Source: an uncultured Planctomycetaceae bacterium (GTDB lineage: Bacteria; Planctomycetota; Planctomycetia; Planctomycetales; Planctomycetaceae). Taken from it: a stretch of DNA of 64,000 bases. The stretch lies in the NCBI GenBank assembly GCA_963813715.1, contig CAWFAK010000007.1, positions 672,001 to 736,000 of the forward strand, in the 5' to 3' direction. Position 1 is the first letter of the stretch, and each line of letters begins with the position of its first letter. Below are positions 45,180 to 54,343 of this stretch, piece by piece. The translations under genes and the position numbers were made by a program. The notes below the pieces were generated by a model. That model saw only the letters and a list, made by a program, of their open reading frames with translations. It was not told where the DNA came from and ran no database searches.

Positions 45180-46246
45180 GGAATCGCCCTTTTGAGGACA
45201 ACAACGACGGCCGCTCCCGGACCATCGCCAAAGAAGATTTCGCCGCCATGTGCTTCCACGATTTGCCTGGCGATCGTTAGCCCCAATCCAAGTCCACGCG
45301 GTTTGGTGGTGAAAAAGGGGACGAACACCATCTTCTTGTGCTCATCGGCGAGGCCGGGGCCGCGATCGCGGATGACGATCCGCAGAGCCGGCGATCCCGA
45401 AATCTCTGCCTCTTCGTACAACGCTTTGATCTCAGGACCGTCGGGACACGCGGCCAGCGAGTTCTCGAAGATGTTGCGAAACACCTGGCGGACGGCGAAA
45501 GCGTCGATCTCGCAACAGGTGTCGTCAGCCAGTTGCATTTCCAAAAGCTCGAGGTGCGGCATGTCCGGCTGCGTGAGCGCCTCCCTCCAAGCGGCGCGAA
45601 CGACGTTACGCGCATCGACCGTTAGGGGCTGCAGCACCCGCGGCCGCACGAATTCCAACACGGTTTCATGCAGACGATGAAGCTCCTCGGTCCCCGAGGC
45701 CAGCTTGGCGATCCCACACTGCACCTTGTCGACGTCGTGGGAATGCTTTTTCAGCTGGTGCACTGCCGCTTCCATGCGTTGCAACGAATTTCGGCTCTCG
45801 TGAGCGATTGTGGAGACGGCCTGCCCGATGGCCGCCAACCGCTCCATCAGTTCCCATTGAGTGGTGGCGCGGTCGTGCGACGTGTTGTCCTGCGCCAGCA
45901 AAGTCCAGAGCACGCGCCGCTCGAATCGCACCGGGGCGATCGTCGCCTGGACGGCAACCGAATGCCCGTCTTTCCGCAACAAGCGGAAAGGACGCGGGCT
46001 CTCGAGCTCGATGCCGAACCCCTCCGCCTCGTCACTTTGAATGGCAGCTAGAAACGAAAGCTCACATTCGCGCGGCAAGAGAGACAACATGTCGCGGCCA
46101 AGCAATTCGTTCGGGCCGTACAGCAGCAACCCCTCCGCGGCCGGGTTCGCCGCCTCGATCCGTCGATCTTCGCCGAACGTGACAATCGCGTCGTTGCCAG
46201 TCGAGCGGACTGAGTTCGCCAAAGGCAGTCTGAGAACGGAGCTCAT
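45176..46246 (-). CDS. PAS sensor histidine kinase
   Basis: PAS 'NPAAEGLLLYGPNELLGR', H-box 'IAHESRNSL', 'QVFRNIFENS', 'DRGPG', 'PFFTTKPRGLGLGL'. ATG taken at 46246. Confidence 0.9.
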   Translation of the reverse strand: MSSVLRLPLANSVRSTGNDAIVTFGEDRRIEAANPAAEGLLLYGPNELLGRDMLSLLPRECELSFLAAIQSDEAEGFGIELESPRPFRLLRKDGHSVAVQATIAPVRFERRVLWTLLAQDNTSHDRATTQWELMERLAAIGQAVSTIAHESRNSLQRMEAAVHQLKKHSHDVDKVQCGIAKLASGTEELHRLHETVLEFVRPRVLQPLTVDARNVVRAAWREALTQPDMPHLELLEMQLADDTCCEIDAFAVRQVFRNIFENSLAACPDGPEIKALYEEAEISGSPALRIVIRDRGPGLADEHKKMVFVPFFTTKPRGLGLGLTIARQIVEAHGGEIFFGDGPGAAVVVVLKRAIP

Positions 46247-46334
46247 AGTTCGTGTCAGCGTCCTGCGGCTCTTCGGGGCATAAGCATCGTGGAGGGTGAT
46301 TGTCCTGCTATGACTCAACCGTCCGTGCACGATT

Positions 46335-47960
46335 TCACTTGGAGATTCGGAACAAGTCGTCCGAGGGCGTGTCGTTGAAGTCGACGTACATTCGCGTAGT
46401 CTTCGCCCGATTTCCCGAGACGTCACGGAGAATGACCGTTGGGTACCAGAAGCCGCGCGGCGACTGGTCGAAATCCTTGAATCCAACGTCGGGAGGCTTA
46501 GACGCAGCGGCGATTTGCTCCGCACCTGCCGACGGGTCGCGATAGACGATCTTGACCGCGACACTGCCCATGCTGGGATTCAGCCAGTATGTCGCGTCCA
46601 GTGCAATTGGCTTCCGAATGGTTGGATCCAAAGAAACGTCCACCTTGATTAATTCCTGATTGCCAACCGTTTGATGGTTAACCTCAAAGTGGCGGTCTAG
46701 TGCCCTGAAAGGGAAGGTTGGACGGCAACACAGCTCAGGAACGTTAAGAGTCTGCCCCAGGAAGTCCGCCTGAGAATCCTCTTTCACCGGAAAGATCTGA
46801 AGAGGTCCGTCGCTGGAGACCTTCTCTCCCCATGTAAAAACGCCGATGGTGTGACCATCGCAAATTGCGACGGGGCTAAATCGAAATTGTTTCTTGTTCG
46901 CATGCCAGGCCTTCAGCGCCTCGTTTTGGTCCACGGGCAAAACGAATTGCGCGTCTGCGGGCTTGACGTCGTCTATGCGCCACTTATTACCCCGGCGCAG
47001 CACCCGTTTCGGATCGCACCGACTCAACGGCCGAGGGGTATCGAATCTCGCGGTGACGGACAACGCTGAATAGTCGTCGAAGCCCTCCCGGCCTTCTTGC
47101 AGCGTTTGAGCAATGTCCGGCAATTCACCCGATTCATCGACGTCCCTCGCTTGGACCCCGACTGGAATCCCCAGCGACGATCGGTCCGCCAAGCCCTTGA
47201 TTGGGTAGTCGAAGTAGCAGGTCGTCGTGTGCGACGCGGCTTCAGTGATCGCAAGAGAATACGGCAGTGAAGACCGCTTATCGATCGTGAGAACGAGCGT
47301 GATTGCCCCACGGTCGGCGGGCCGCACGACAATCTGATATTCGTCGCAGGGTTTTCCGTCGATCATTTGGCTTTTCAGACTCCATCGCTCGATCCGCTCG
47401 TCCGGCAACAGCGACGGAGCAGAGGGAGATCGCCGAAATACCGCGGCTAGGTTTGATACGGACGAGAGTTCCTGCGTCAGTCGCGCGTTCCCTGGCCGAA
47501 CGGCACGGTAAAGGATTTTGCGCTTCTCGTCATAACGTAAGAACACATTGTTCGTGTAATCGAAGAGCAAAGCGGTCGTCGATAGCCTGCCTCCGATCAC
47601 GTCCAGACCCGGCGATACCCACAACTCGCCTTTTTCGACGTTGTCTCGCACGATGCGCGCGTGAATGCACGCTTGCGCACGGGCCCTCCGGATCGCAGAC
47701 GCCCAGGCCGGTTCGCTGTTGAAAAACCAAACGGTCCCCAAGACCACTGCCGATAGGCCAACCGCAAAGACTGATGCGAGCATGATTCGATGTTTCGAGC
47801 GCATGCGGAGGGGCTGGACAGCCACGGCCACGCTTAGCAGTCGACTCCGCAAATCTGCGGCGTACTCCGCCGACGGGCCGGACCGCACTCGGCTTTCGGA
47901 AAGCGCCGTCTTCAGCACTTCCATTTCCTCCGCGTCAAATTCGTCGGGCCGAGTGCTCAT
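46335..47960 (-). CDS. Putative anti-sigma factor: cytoplasmic N-terminus, one TM, LolA-like periplasmic region
   Basis: Start overlaps the ECF sigma stop. TM 'IMLASVFAVGLSAVVLGTVWFF'; 'IDGKPCDEYQI', 'FDYP', 'GFWYPTVI'. The fold call is inference. Confidence 0.65.
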   Translation of the reverse strand: MSTRPDEFDAEEMEVLKTALSESRVRSGPSAEYAADLRSRLLSVAVAVQPLRMRSKHRIMLASVFAVGLSAVVLGTVWFFNSEPAWASAIRRARAQACIHARIVRDNVEKGELWVSPGLDVIGGRLSTTALLFDYTNNVFLRYDEKRKILYRAVRPGNARLTQELSSVSNLAAVFRRSPSAPSLLPDERIERWSLKSQMIDGKPCDEYQIVVRPADRGAITLVLTIDKRSSLPYSLAITEAASHTTTCYFDYPIKGLADRSSLGIPVGVQARDVDESGELPDIAQTLQEGREGFDDYSALSVTARFDTPRPLSRCDPKRVLRRGNKWRIDDVKPADAQFVLPVDQNEALKAWHANKKQFRFSPVAICDGHTIGVFTWGEKVSSDGPLQIFPVKEDSQADFLGQTLNVPELCCRPTFPFRALDRHFEVNHQTVGNQELIKVDVSLDPTIRKPIALDATYWLNPSMGSVAVKIVYRDPSAGAEQIAAASKPPDVGFKDFDQSPRGFWYPTVILRDVSGNRAKTTRMYVDFNDTPSDDLFRISK

Positions 47961-48544
47961 AGGCGTGCACCCCCCTGTTGAGGTGCTGGTGCAAAATAAG
48001 GCCCCAGCAACGTCCGCAAGCGCGTCCGAGCGCGCGATAGCGACGACTCGACGGCTTTAGCCGTTGTTTTCATCGCCGTCGCTATCTCCTGAACCGAACG
48101 ACCATCGACATATTTCTGTCGCAGGACCACCTGGTGAGATTGTGGAATGGCCGTGAACGCCGCCCGCACGAGTTGCAATCGCTCGACACGCTCCATCACC
48201 TCTTGCGGAAGAAGGAGGGCGTCGTCAGCCAGTTCGATCGACTCCGCGTTCTCCGATACAAAGGCGCTCGACAAGCGGCGAAAATGCTGCGCCACTTGCA
48301 ATCTGGCAATGCCAAACAGCCAATCGCGCAACTCGCCTCTCGCAGGATCGAACCCTTTAATGCTGGAAATCGCCTGCAGCCAGACTTCCTGGTTCAGGTC
48401 CTCGCATAACGTCCTGTCGCCGTCCACGAGATGGCTGACGAAGGCGTAGATTTCGTTCAGATGCGCGTCATACAACGCCCTCCACGCTGCTCGATCGCGA
48501 CGTGCGAGCAATTGCAGAAACGCGTCATGCGACGAAGCTGGCAT
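47957..48544 (-). CDS. ECF RNA polymerase sigma factor
   Basis: 'AWRALYDAH', 'EDLNQEVWLQA', 'FDPARGELRDWLFGIAR', 'SVQEIATAMKTTAKAVESSLSRARTRLR'. Confidence 0.93.
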   Translation of the reverse strand: MPASSHDAFLQLLARRDRAAWRALYDAHLNEIYAFVSHLVDGDRTLCEDLNQEVWLQAISSIKGFDPARGELRDWLFGIARLQVAQHFRRLSSAFVSENAESIELADDALLLPQEVMERVERLQLVRAAFTAIPQSHQVVLRQKYVDGRSVQEIATAMKTTAKAVESSLSRARTRLRTLLGPYFAPAPQQGGARL

Positions 48545-48740
48545 TTGGCTGTCGTACTCGGCTGCTGCTGATCGGTCGACCAGACTCTATTTGCGCGAGA
48601 GCGCGGAATCCTTCGCACAATTTACGAAAAAGACGAAAGTCGGTCGCATCCCGGCTTATCCGTGCAAACCGGCTCCGTCAGGAGACTTCCCACAGGTAGC
48701 TAGGCGTACATGCGGGTAAACACTCACCCGAGGTCTTCTT

Positions 48741-50052
48741 CTAGCTGGGCGCCGGCGATCGTCGGCGACGCCACAAAAGTCCAGTCCCCAGGACGACCAG
48801 TGCCCCGGCATTAAGCAACAGCAAGTGGCGCCAGATGCCACGGCCACCTACTCCGGCAGGAAAGGGCTGTATTTCTCCATTGATAATCGGATTGGCCCGC
48901 GCGATTGCCTCGTCGAGCAAGTGTTCGCCGTGCGGAACGAAATAGGACCTATTGAGAATCAGATCCTGGACGTTAGTGCCGGGGGGGAAGTCGAGCTCGA
49001 AAACGTCATCCGGAACATTGTTGACGTTGATGTTCTCGATCGTAACGGTGTGCACCTCCGTCAGCATCCCCTGCGTATTCGCGGGCTCCAGCGATCCTGC
49101 AAAATCGAGCCGATAACACCGGTGCGGCAGCCAGATGGTGTCACCATATTGGCGCAAATCCTTGTTGGCATAGACGAACGCAAGCACGGGCATGCTGCTG
49201 AGGTTCCGCATTTGAAACCACAGCCGACGCCGCATCGCGAAGCCATTCTCCGTATCGATCCAGATGGTGTCGGCCCCGTTCGTGACCACGTGACACGGAA
49301 AACCGTCGACCTCCTGGAGAGTCGGTAGCACTCGATAGACGGATGGCAAGCTCAGTGCGGTAGGCACGTACCAGGCCGACTCACGTTGTCGAGCTGCGTT
49401 GGCCCCCGTCGGAATTGAAATTGAGTCGAAGTACCACACCAGCCGTGAATCCACCGCGTCAAGTTTCGCTGGATGGATGTGGCCAAGCGAACGGGTTGGC
49501 TCGAAGGCTTTCATTTGCGTGCCATTGAAGGCGTAATCGAACTCCGGCAATGGCCTCGTTCGCCGCTTACTCGCTGAGTTCTCTGCAGTCTTAATCGCAA
49601 ATCGGCCGGGCGTGGTCTCGCGAATATGGGTGAACCGCTTCTCGCCCTTCATCGCGACGCGCGCTTTCGAACGAGAAGTTAGCGGGGACCGCATGCTTTT
49701 GTCGCTTTTGCGAAATCACACGAGCCGTTTCAACCTGCCTCTGTAATGAATATTGGAACGACACTTCGATACTCTCGACGCGGCCCGCCAAGCCATCTGG
49801 CCGTCGTAGAGTTCCTTTAGGGAATGCGTGGCTTTTCTGTTCGCTTGCCGCACGTTTTGCCATTCGAGGTGATCCAGCCCTCGTTGGACTTCTTCGTAAC
49901 TACCGACTTGTCCGGAAAGGCCGACGTATCGCGTCGGCGACTTCCAATCTTGCGCGTGCGGTGACAAACCCGTCCAACATGACCACCAGGACCCCCATGC
50001 CGCCAAGCTTGAGAATCCCCAACCATGCCAATCGTCTCGCCTCGACTCCCAT
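48741..50052 (-). CDS. Exported protein with a LolA/LppX-like beta region and C-terminal TM anchor with basic tail; frameshifted 5' part
   Basis: GGAGG SD then ATG at 50052 with a hydrophobic N-terminus; 'QEVDGFPCHVV', 'IWIDTENGFAMRR', 'IWLPHRC', 'VPDDVFELDFPPGTNVQD', end 'LLLLNAGALVVLGTGLLWRRRR'. Confidence 0.6.
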
Positions 50053-50158
50053 CGGCCCGCACTCCTCCAGGTTTCCGATTCGCTTTTTGGCGCACTGACA
50101 GACTTGTTCGCCTTCAACAGCCCGGTTGCAGTATTTCAGCGGACTCGCGAGGGCTTGG

Positions 50159-51373
50159 CTATTTCCGGTCGCGAGACGGTCTCATCCGCTCGTCGGAATT
50201 GCGCGCGACCTCTGCCAGAACGGTCGGGTGATCCGTCAACAAGGCCCGTTGGAGCACGCAGGCGGCGTGCGAATAAGCACAGTAGTCCCTTTGGATAGTC
50301 GTCGAGTCCGATCGCTTGAGCGCATCGATCAAAAACTGGAGGGCGTGCGAAACACAAACGCTCGATGGCCTCAAAGAAACGGGCACGATCTGGATCCACT
50401 CGAGCTGATGTCCGGTAATCCGCACCAGGTCCTCGCCGCGAATCGTCTCGGCGGCTCGGTTGTCCGTGACAGTCGAAACACGGTTCGCCCAAAGAGGACT
50501 CCAGGCGCCGTTGGGCAGCTGCGAGCTTTCGAGCAAGCGACTGGATCGCGACAAGTAGACCTCGCATCGTCGCCGGAGATCCGCCGAGATACTGCGGGAG
50601 GCGTGTCGCAATAGGAAGGCCAGCGTCAATTGCTTGTGAGTTCCTCCACAGGAACCGCTGTCGAGCGGCAGCGCAAGAATGGCCTCAGCCATCGATTCAT
50701 AGGAACAGGTCTCACCGAAGCGATTTTCCCACTGCGGTTCGTCCGGCAAATATCCGCAGAAGGCGACCAGCGACCAACAGACTTCCTGGCTCGCGTCAAA
50801 ACTGCGGCGCGACGCATCGAGGAGTTCGCCGACCGTAAACGAGCCGAAATTGCTCTCAACGGATAAGCCCAAAGGGACACCAATCTCCGCACACGTAGCG
50901 AGGAATTGGTCGACATGATGTTCGTACTCCCAGTGGTCCTGGACATTGGGGGCGGTGCGCTGCCTCACATCCCAGCCATAGGGGGAACGGAAGAACAAAG
51001 GCGGCGACCTGGGAAACGTTCGACGAAAGTCTGCCTGACCGAGCACGCGACCCACTTCGCGCTGCAATTCGAGGTTGGCTGGAAAGGCACCCGCCAGACC
51101 CTCGAAGCGCCAGCGGTGAAAGTAATCCGACGCTCGTAGCGGCTGAGTCACGACGTATTTGGTAATAGCCTCCGCAGCCGAGACCTTCACCTCGGCGGCG
51201 AAAATGGGATTCGGCGAGGGTGGAGCGATTTGCCCAAGTTCTGTCGGGCTCTTGGGAACTCCGGAAGGACCGAGCCACATTTTGACCCCTAGAGTCGCGG
51301 CGACTCCCACGACAGCCATAGCGACAACTAAAGATGCCACCCGGTTAGTGGTCCTCAACCTGTCGGAGATCAC
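50159..51373 (-). CDS. Membrane-anchored helical protein with His/Cys motifs (possible alpha/alpha-toroid enzyme)
   Basis: GTG at 51373 overlaps the upstream stop, GGAGG SD; N-terminal TM; 'HHVDQFL', 'SCGGTH', 'QLPNGAW', 'TGHQLEW', 'YCAYSHA'. Confidence 0.7.
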   Translation of the reverse strand: MISDRLRTTNRVASLVVAMAVVGVAATLGVKMWLGPSGVPKSPTELGQIAPPSPNPIFAAEVKVSAAEAITKYVVTQPLRASDYFHRWRFEGLAGAFPANLELQREVGRVLGQADFRRTFPRSPPLFFRSPYGWDVRQRTAPNVQDHWEYEHHVDQFLATCAEIGVPLGLSVESNFGSFTVGELLDASRRSFDASQEVCWSLVAFCGYLPDEPQWENRFGETCSYESMAEAILALPLDSGSCGGTHKQLTLAFLLRHASRSISADLRRRCEVYLSRSSRLLESSQLPNGAWSPLWANRVSTVTDNRAAETIRGEDLVRITGHQLEWIQIVPVSLRPSSVCVSHALQFLIDALKRSDSTTIQRDYCAYSHAACVLQRALLTDHPTVLAEVARNSDERMRPSRDRK

Positions 51374-52220
51374 GCGCGGTGACCTCCGGGCGCCGGATCC
51401 GCGGGCAGAATGGACACGCGGATTGGGTATGTTAAGACCTCGCCGTCGACCGTAACCCGGACCGGCAACAGAACGTCCTGCCGCTTTTGAGCGACGTTGT
51501 CCTGCGGATTGACTCCCAGCGTGAACGAGCACTCTCGTCGCACATAATTTGACGTTTCGACGGACGGCCCAACGCGGATGTCCTGGACGACGAGTACGGA
51601 TTCCAGTCCGGTCCCGCCCAGTGGCACATCAACCTTTGGCTCGCTCGAAGAGGCCTTGAGAAACAGGGTGCCGACGATCGACGCGGTTCGCGCGACCTTG
51701 GCACGGCCGCCGATCATGTACGTGTAGTTTGGAAAATTGGCGCCGAGTTCGATGGCGTGGACACTGAGCGCTTCCGCCCAGGACCCGCCCTCTGCCTCGA
51801 CGTAAACCCGTGCATCCGCCGGGCCGGCGTGGCGCGGCCTGGACCGCATCATCATATGCACACTGGTCGATGCGCCCGCGACGAGCGTCTCCTGTTCCAA
51901 GCGCGCTTCGGTGCACCGACAAGTCGGCGATCCGAGATGCAACCGAACCGTCGAGTTACCCTGATTTTCGATGCGGAAAAGCCCCTCGGCAGCGCCGTCA
52001 CGCGGCAACACACCAAGATCGGCTTCGGTATTCCACGCAACCAGCCGGAGTGCATCTGGCGATGGTGTTCTCGCGACGATTCTGTCAGCGGACGACGCCG
52101 ATCGTTGAACGGAGCGGCCGACATTCGCCGGCAGAGCCGAGCATCCCAATGTCAGACAGCTGACTAACAGACTGGCGAGCGATTGGCGCGGCGCCGCAAA
52201 AACGCAGGTCGATGGCAAAG
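51370..52220 (-). CDS. DUF1573 (Ig-like) domain protein; start uncertain, possibly the frameshifted C-terminus of the C39 gene
   Basis: 'DLGVL...FRIENQGNSTVRL..GSPTCRCTEA..LVAGASTSV', a DUF1573-like CxC pattern. Preceded by lipobox-like 'CLTLGC'. Confidence 0.65.
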
Positions 52221-52853
52221 CGCCCAACGTGCGAGCGGAAAGCCGCCAATCGACACCGACGCTGCGATGACACACCACAGAGCGACTTCCAACCTGCGAT
52301 GCGAAGACATCTTGCGCGATTCGGGCAAGATCAGATAACCACTCCAACAGCGGACGAATTGACTGCGAGACACCGTTTCGATCGAAGCGGCATAGTTCGG
52401 TTCGATGTAGCGCACTGAACGGTCATCAATCTGCAGCACGAGCAGGAAGTGCCCGATGGCATTGTTGGTTTCGCGACGGGGCAAGACGTGCGCGATTAGT
52501 GGAGTGGCGAAATGATCGAGATCCCGCGGTTTCGCTCGCAAAACCGTTGCCGAAACCCCCAGTGCCGCTAATCCCTCTTGTAGGCCAAGCAAGGAACTCC
52601 CGCCTTTTTCGATCGGAATAGCGGCAACGGCGTCGTCGTAGGTGATTTCGCTACCAAGAAGGCGTGCCAGCATATAACCGCAGGCCACGCCGCAGCTTTG
52701 GGCTTCGCGCCAATGGTGATTATGCGCTGCCCCCCGTGCATCGACCTGACGAGAACCGCCAGTACTCGCCTCTCCGTGAGTTCGAATGAAGGTGATTGCA
52801 CTTGCGACGATTGCAATCAGAGCCCAGCGGCGATGGAAGGTCGTAGAAAGCAT
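52164..52853 (-). CDS. Stand-alone exported C39-family cysteine peptidase (no ABC transporter domain)
   Basis: Signal/TM 'RRWALIAIVASAI', 'QSCGVAC' (Gln and catalytic Cys), 'GSSLLGL', 'PLIAHV', 'GHFLLV' (His), 'IEP', 'FVRCWSGYLI', C-terminal TM. Confidence 0.85.
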   Translation of the reverse strand: MLSTTFHRRWALIAIVASAITFIRTHGEASTGGSRQVDARGAAHNHHWREAQSCGVACGYMLARLLGSEITYDDAVAAIPIEKGGSSLLGLQEGLAALGVSATVLRAKPRDLDHFATPLIAHVLPRRETNNAIGHFLLVLQIDDRSVRYIEPNYAASIETVSRSQFVRCWSGYLILPESRKMSSHRRLEVALWCVIAASVSIGGFPLARWALCHRPAFLRRRANRSPVC

Positions 52854-52960
52854 GAGAGCGGCTCGGCGGCTAGGCAGACAGTATTTCTGAGGTCGGCTCT
52901 GGGCAATTCAATAACGCCGTTACCAACCAGCAAGCATGCCACGCGATATGGGGGACCTTC

Positions 52961-53407
52961 TCAAGTCCCACTGCATCCCTGTTGGTCGAGATCAAAAGGC
53001 GCCGGACCGCACTCGACACTTGAGGAATTCAGGCATTGGCAGCAAGGCATGATCACTCCCGTAACCGAGCAAAACGTTTCGGTGCAAGTTGCTTGCGTCG
53101 CCGAGTCACACGCGTCTTGCACCAACGCGCCAGTAAATGTCCCGGATCCGCCATAGCTCGAGGTGGCACCGCACGCATATGAACATAATCCGTCGCAGTC
53201 CGAAGTCGCAGATGTGCAGGTGTCAGTCGCAGAATCCGTGCAAGCGCTATTCGACGTCGATTGATACGAGCCACACTGCCCTCCGCGAATGCTCGCCGCG
53301 GTCGTGGCTGAAACCTCGACGACGTCCCCCGGCAATCGATCCGCTGACGGGAGAATGGCAAGGGCCGCAGATGCGAGGGCAAAGGCAAAGACTGAGACGC
53401 GAGACAT
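52961..53407 (-). CDS. Secreted Cys-rich precursor peptide with double-glycine leader (candidate RiPP/bacteriocin-like prepro-peptide)
   Basis: Strong SD (GAGGAG) before the ATG; signal peptide; 'EVSATTAASIRGG' then a 105-aa core with 14 Cys. Confidence 0.8.
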   Translation of the reverse strand: MSRVSVFAFALASAALAILPSADRLPGDVVEVSATTAASIRGGQCGSYQSTSNSACTDSATDTCTSATSDCDGLCSYACGATSSYGGSGTFTGALVQDACDSATQATCTETFCSVTGVIMPCCQCLNSSSVECGPAPFDLDQQGCSGT

Positions 53408-53919
53408 TTTTCTACTCCTCCAGAAACCGAAGTTCCTTACGGATCGTCAAATCTTGGAGCACGTAGGCAGTCCACTGACGCGGTAGCCACCGTTCAGCCG
53501 AGCGCAATGGCACGACGTTCGACGGTCGAGGCGTCAACGAAATCTCGGTTGGATCGGAACTCAGCTAATGATCCAGGCGTAGATCGCCCGGAGCATTGGT
53601 GATTCCTATTCCTGCGCAAAGGCCGCGCACGCTTTGCCGGCGCCTTGGACAAGGCTCGGCGGCACGAAGATGCGCTCATCCGAAAGAAGCAGCCCGCGGC
53701 GACGACCAACCAGGGTCGTTCGCGCCATTTCCGTCCAGCCATTGGTCCGGAACTGGGAACATCCTGATGCGATGATCTCGGAATGTCAAACAAAAACGAC
53801 AAAAAAATCGGGGAAGCTGGAAAGTTATCGAGCAATCATTTTCCACCCACCATCACGAGCGACGACCAACACTCCACTGGATTCCACGAGATGCCAATTG
53901 TTCGGAGAGCGTCTCCAAT

Positions 53920-54189
53920 CTACTGATCACCCGGATGAGTTGACCGCGCAACAACATCGACGATGTCGCCGATGGTGCGCAAACCGATCGCCTGTTCGTC
54001 CGAGATCTGCATCCGCCACCGGTTCTCCAGCTCGAACCGCAACTCGAGAAGATCCAAAGACGCCAGGCCAACGTCCTCGATGATGTGTGATCCTTCCGTG
54101 AGATCAGTGAGCTTGGCTCGACCGTTGGAGGCGAGAGCTAACGCCGGCTTCAGTTGCTCGATGATCCGACATCGTTCGTCTTCGCCCAT
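53920..54189 (-). CDS. Acyl carrier protein
   Basis: 'IIEDVGLASLDLLELRFELENRWRMQISDEQAIGLRTIGDIVDVV'. The phosphopantetheine Ser lies in ASL, a variant of DSL. Confidence 0.85.
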   Translation of the reverse strand: MGEDERCRIIEQLKPALALASNGRAKLTDLTEGSHIIEDVGLASLDLLELRFELENRWRMQISDEQAIGLRTIGDIVDVVARSTHPGDQ

Positions 54190-54343
54190 TGATGCAAATC
54201 CAGTCACAGATTAAGTTCCTGCCCGCGCGGTCGGGAACTCGTTCGAATGAGCCCGGTAGTATTCAAATCCTACCCCGCGCATAATTCAACGACCTCGCCT
54301 CGCTTGAAACTCGCCCCATCGTGGGACACGGCCACTCCTCGCC

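Noticed and set aside
52961..53407. Classifying the precursor as a lanthipeptide, sactipeptide or thiopeptide because of its Cys/Ser/Thr content
   Set aside because: No dehydratase, radical SAM or YcaO gene is in the window, and the precursor carries a Sec-like signal.
53508..53523. TGGCACG element between the precursor and the ACP gene
   Set aside because: No GC at -12 spacing, and it is on the strand opposite the precursor.
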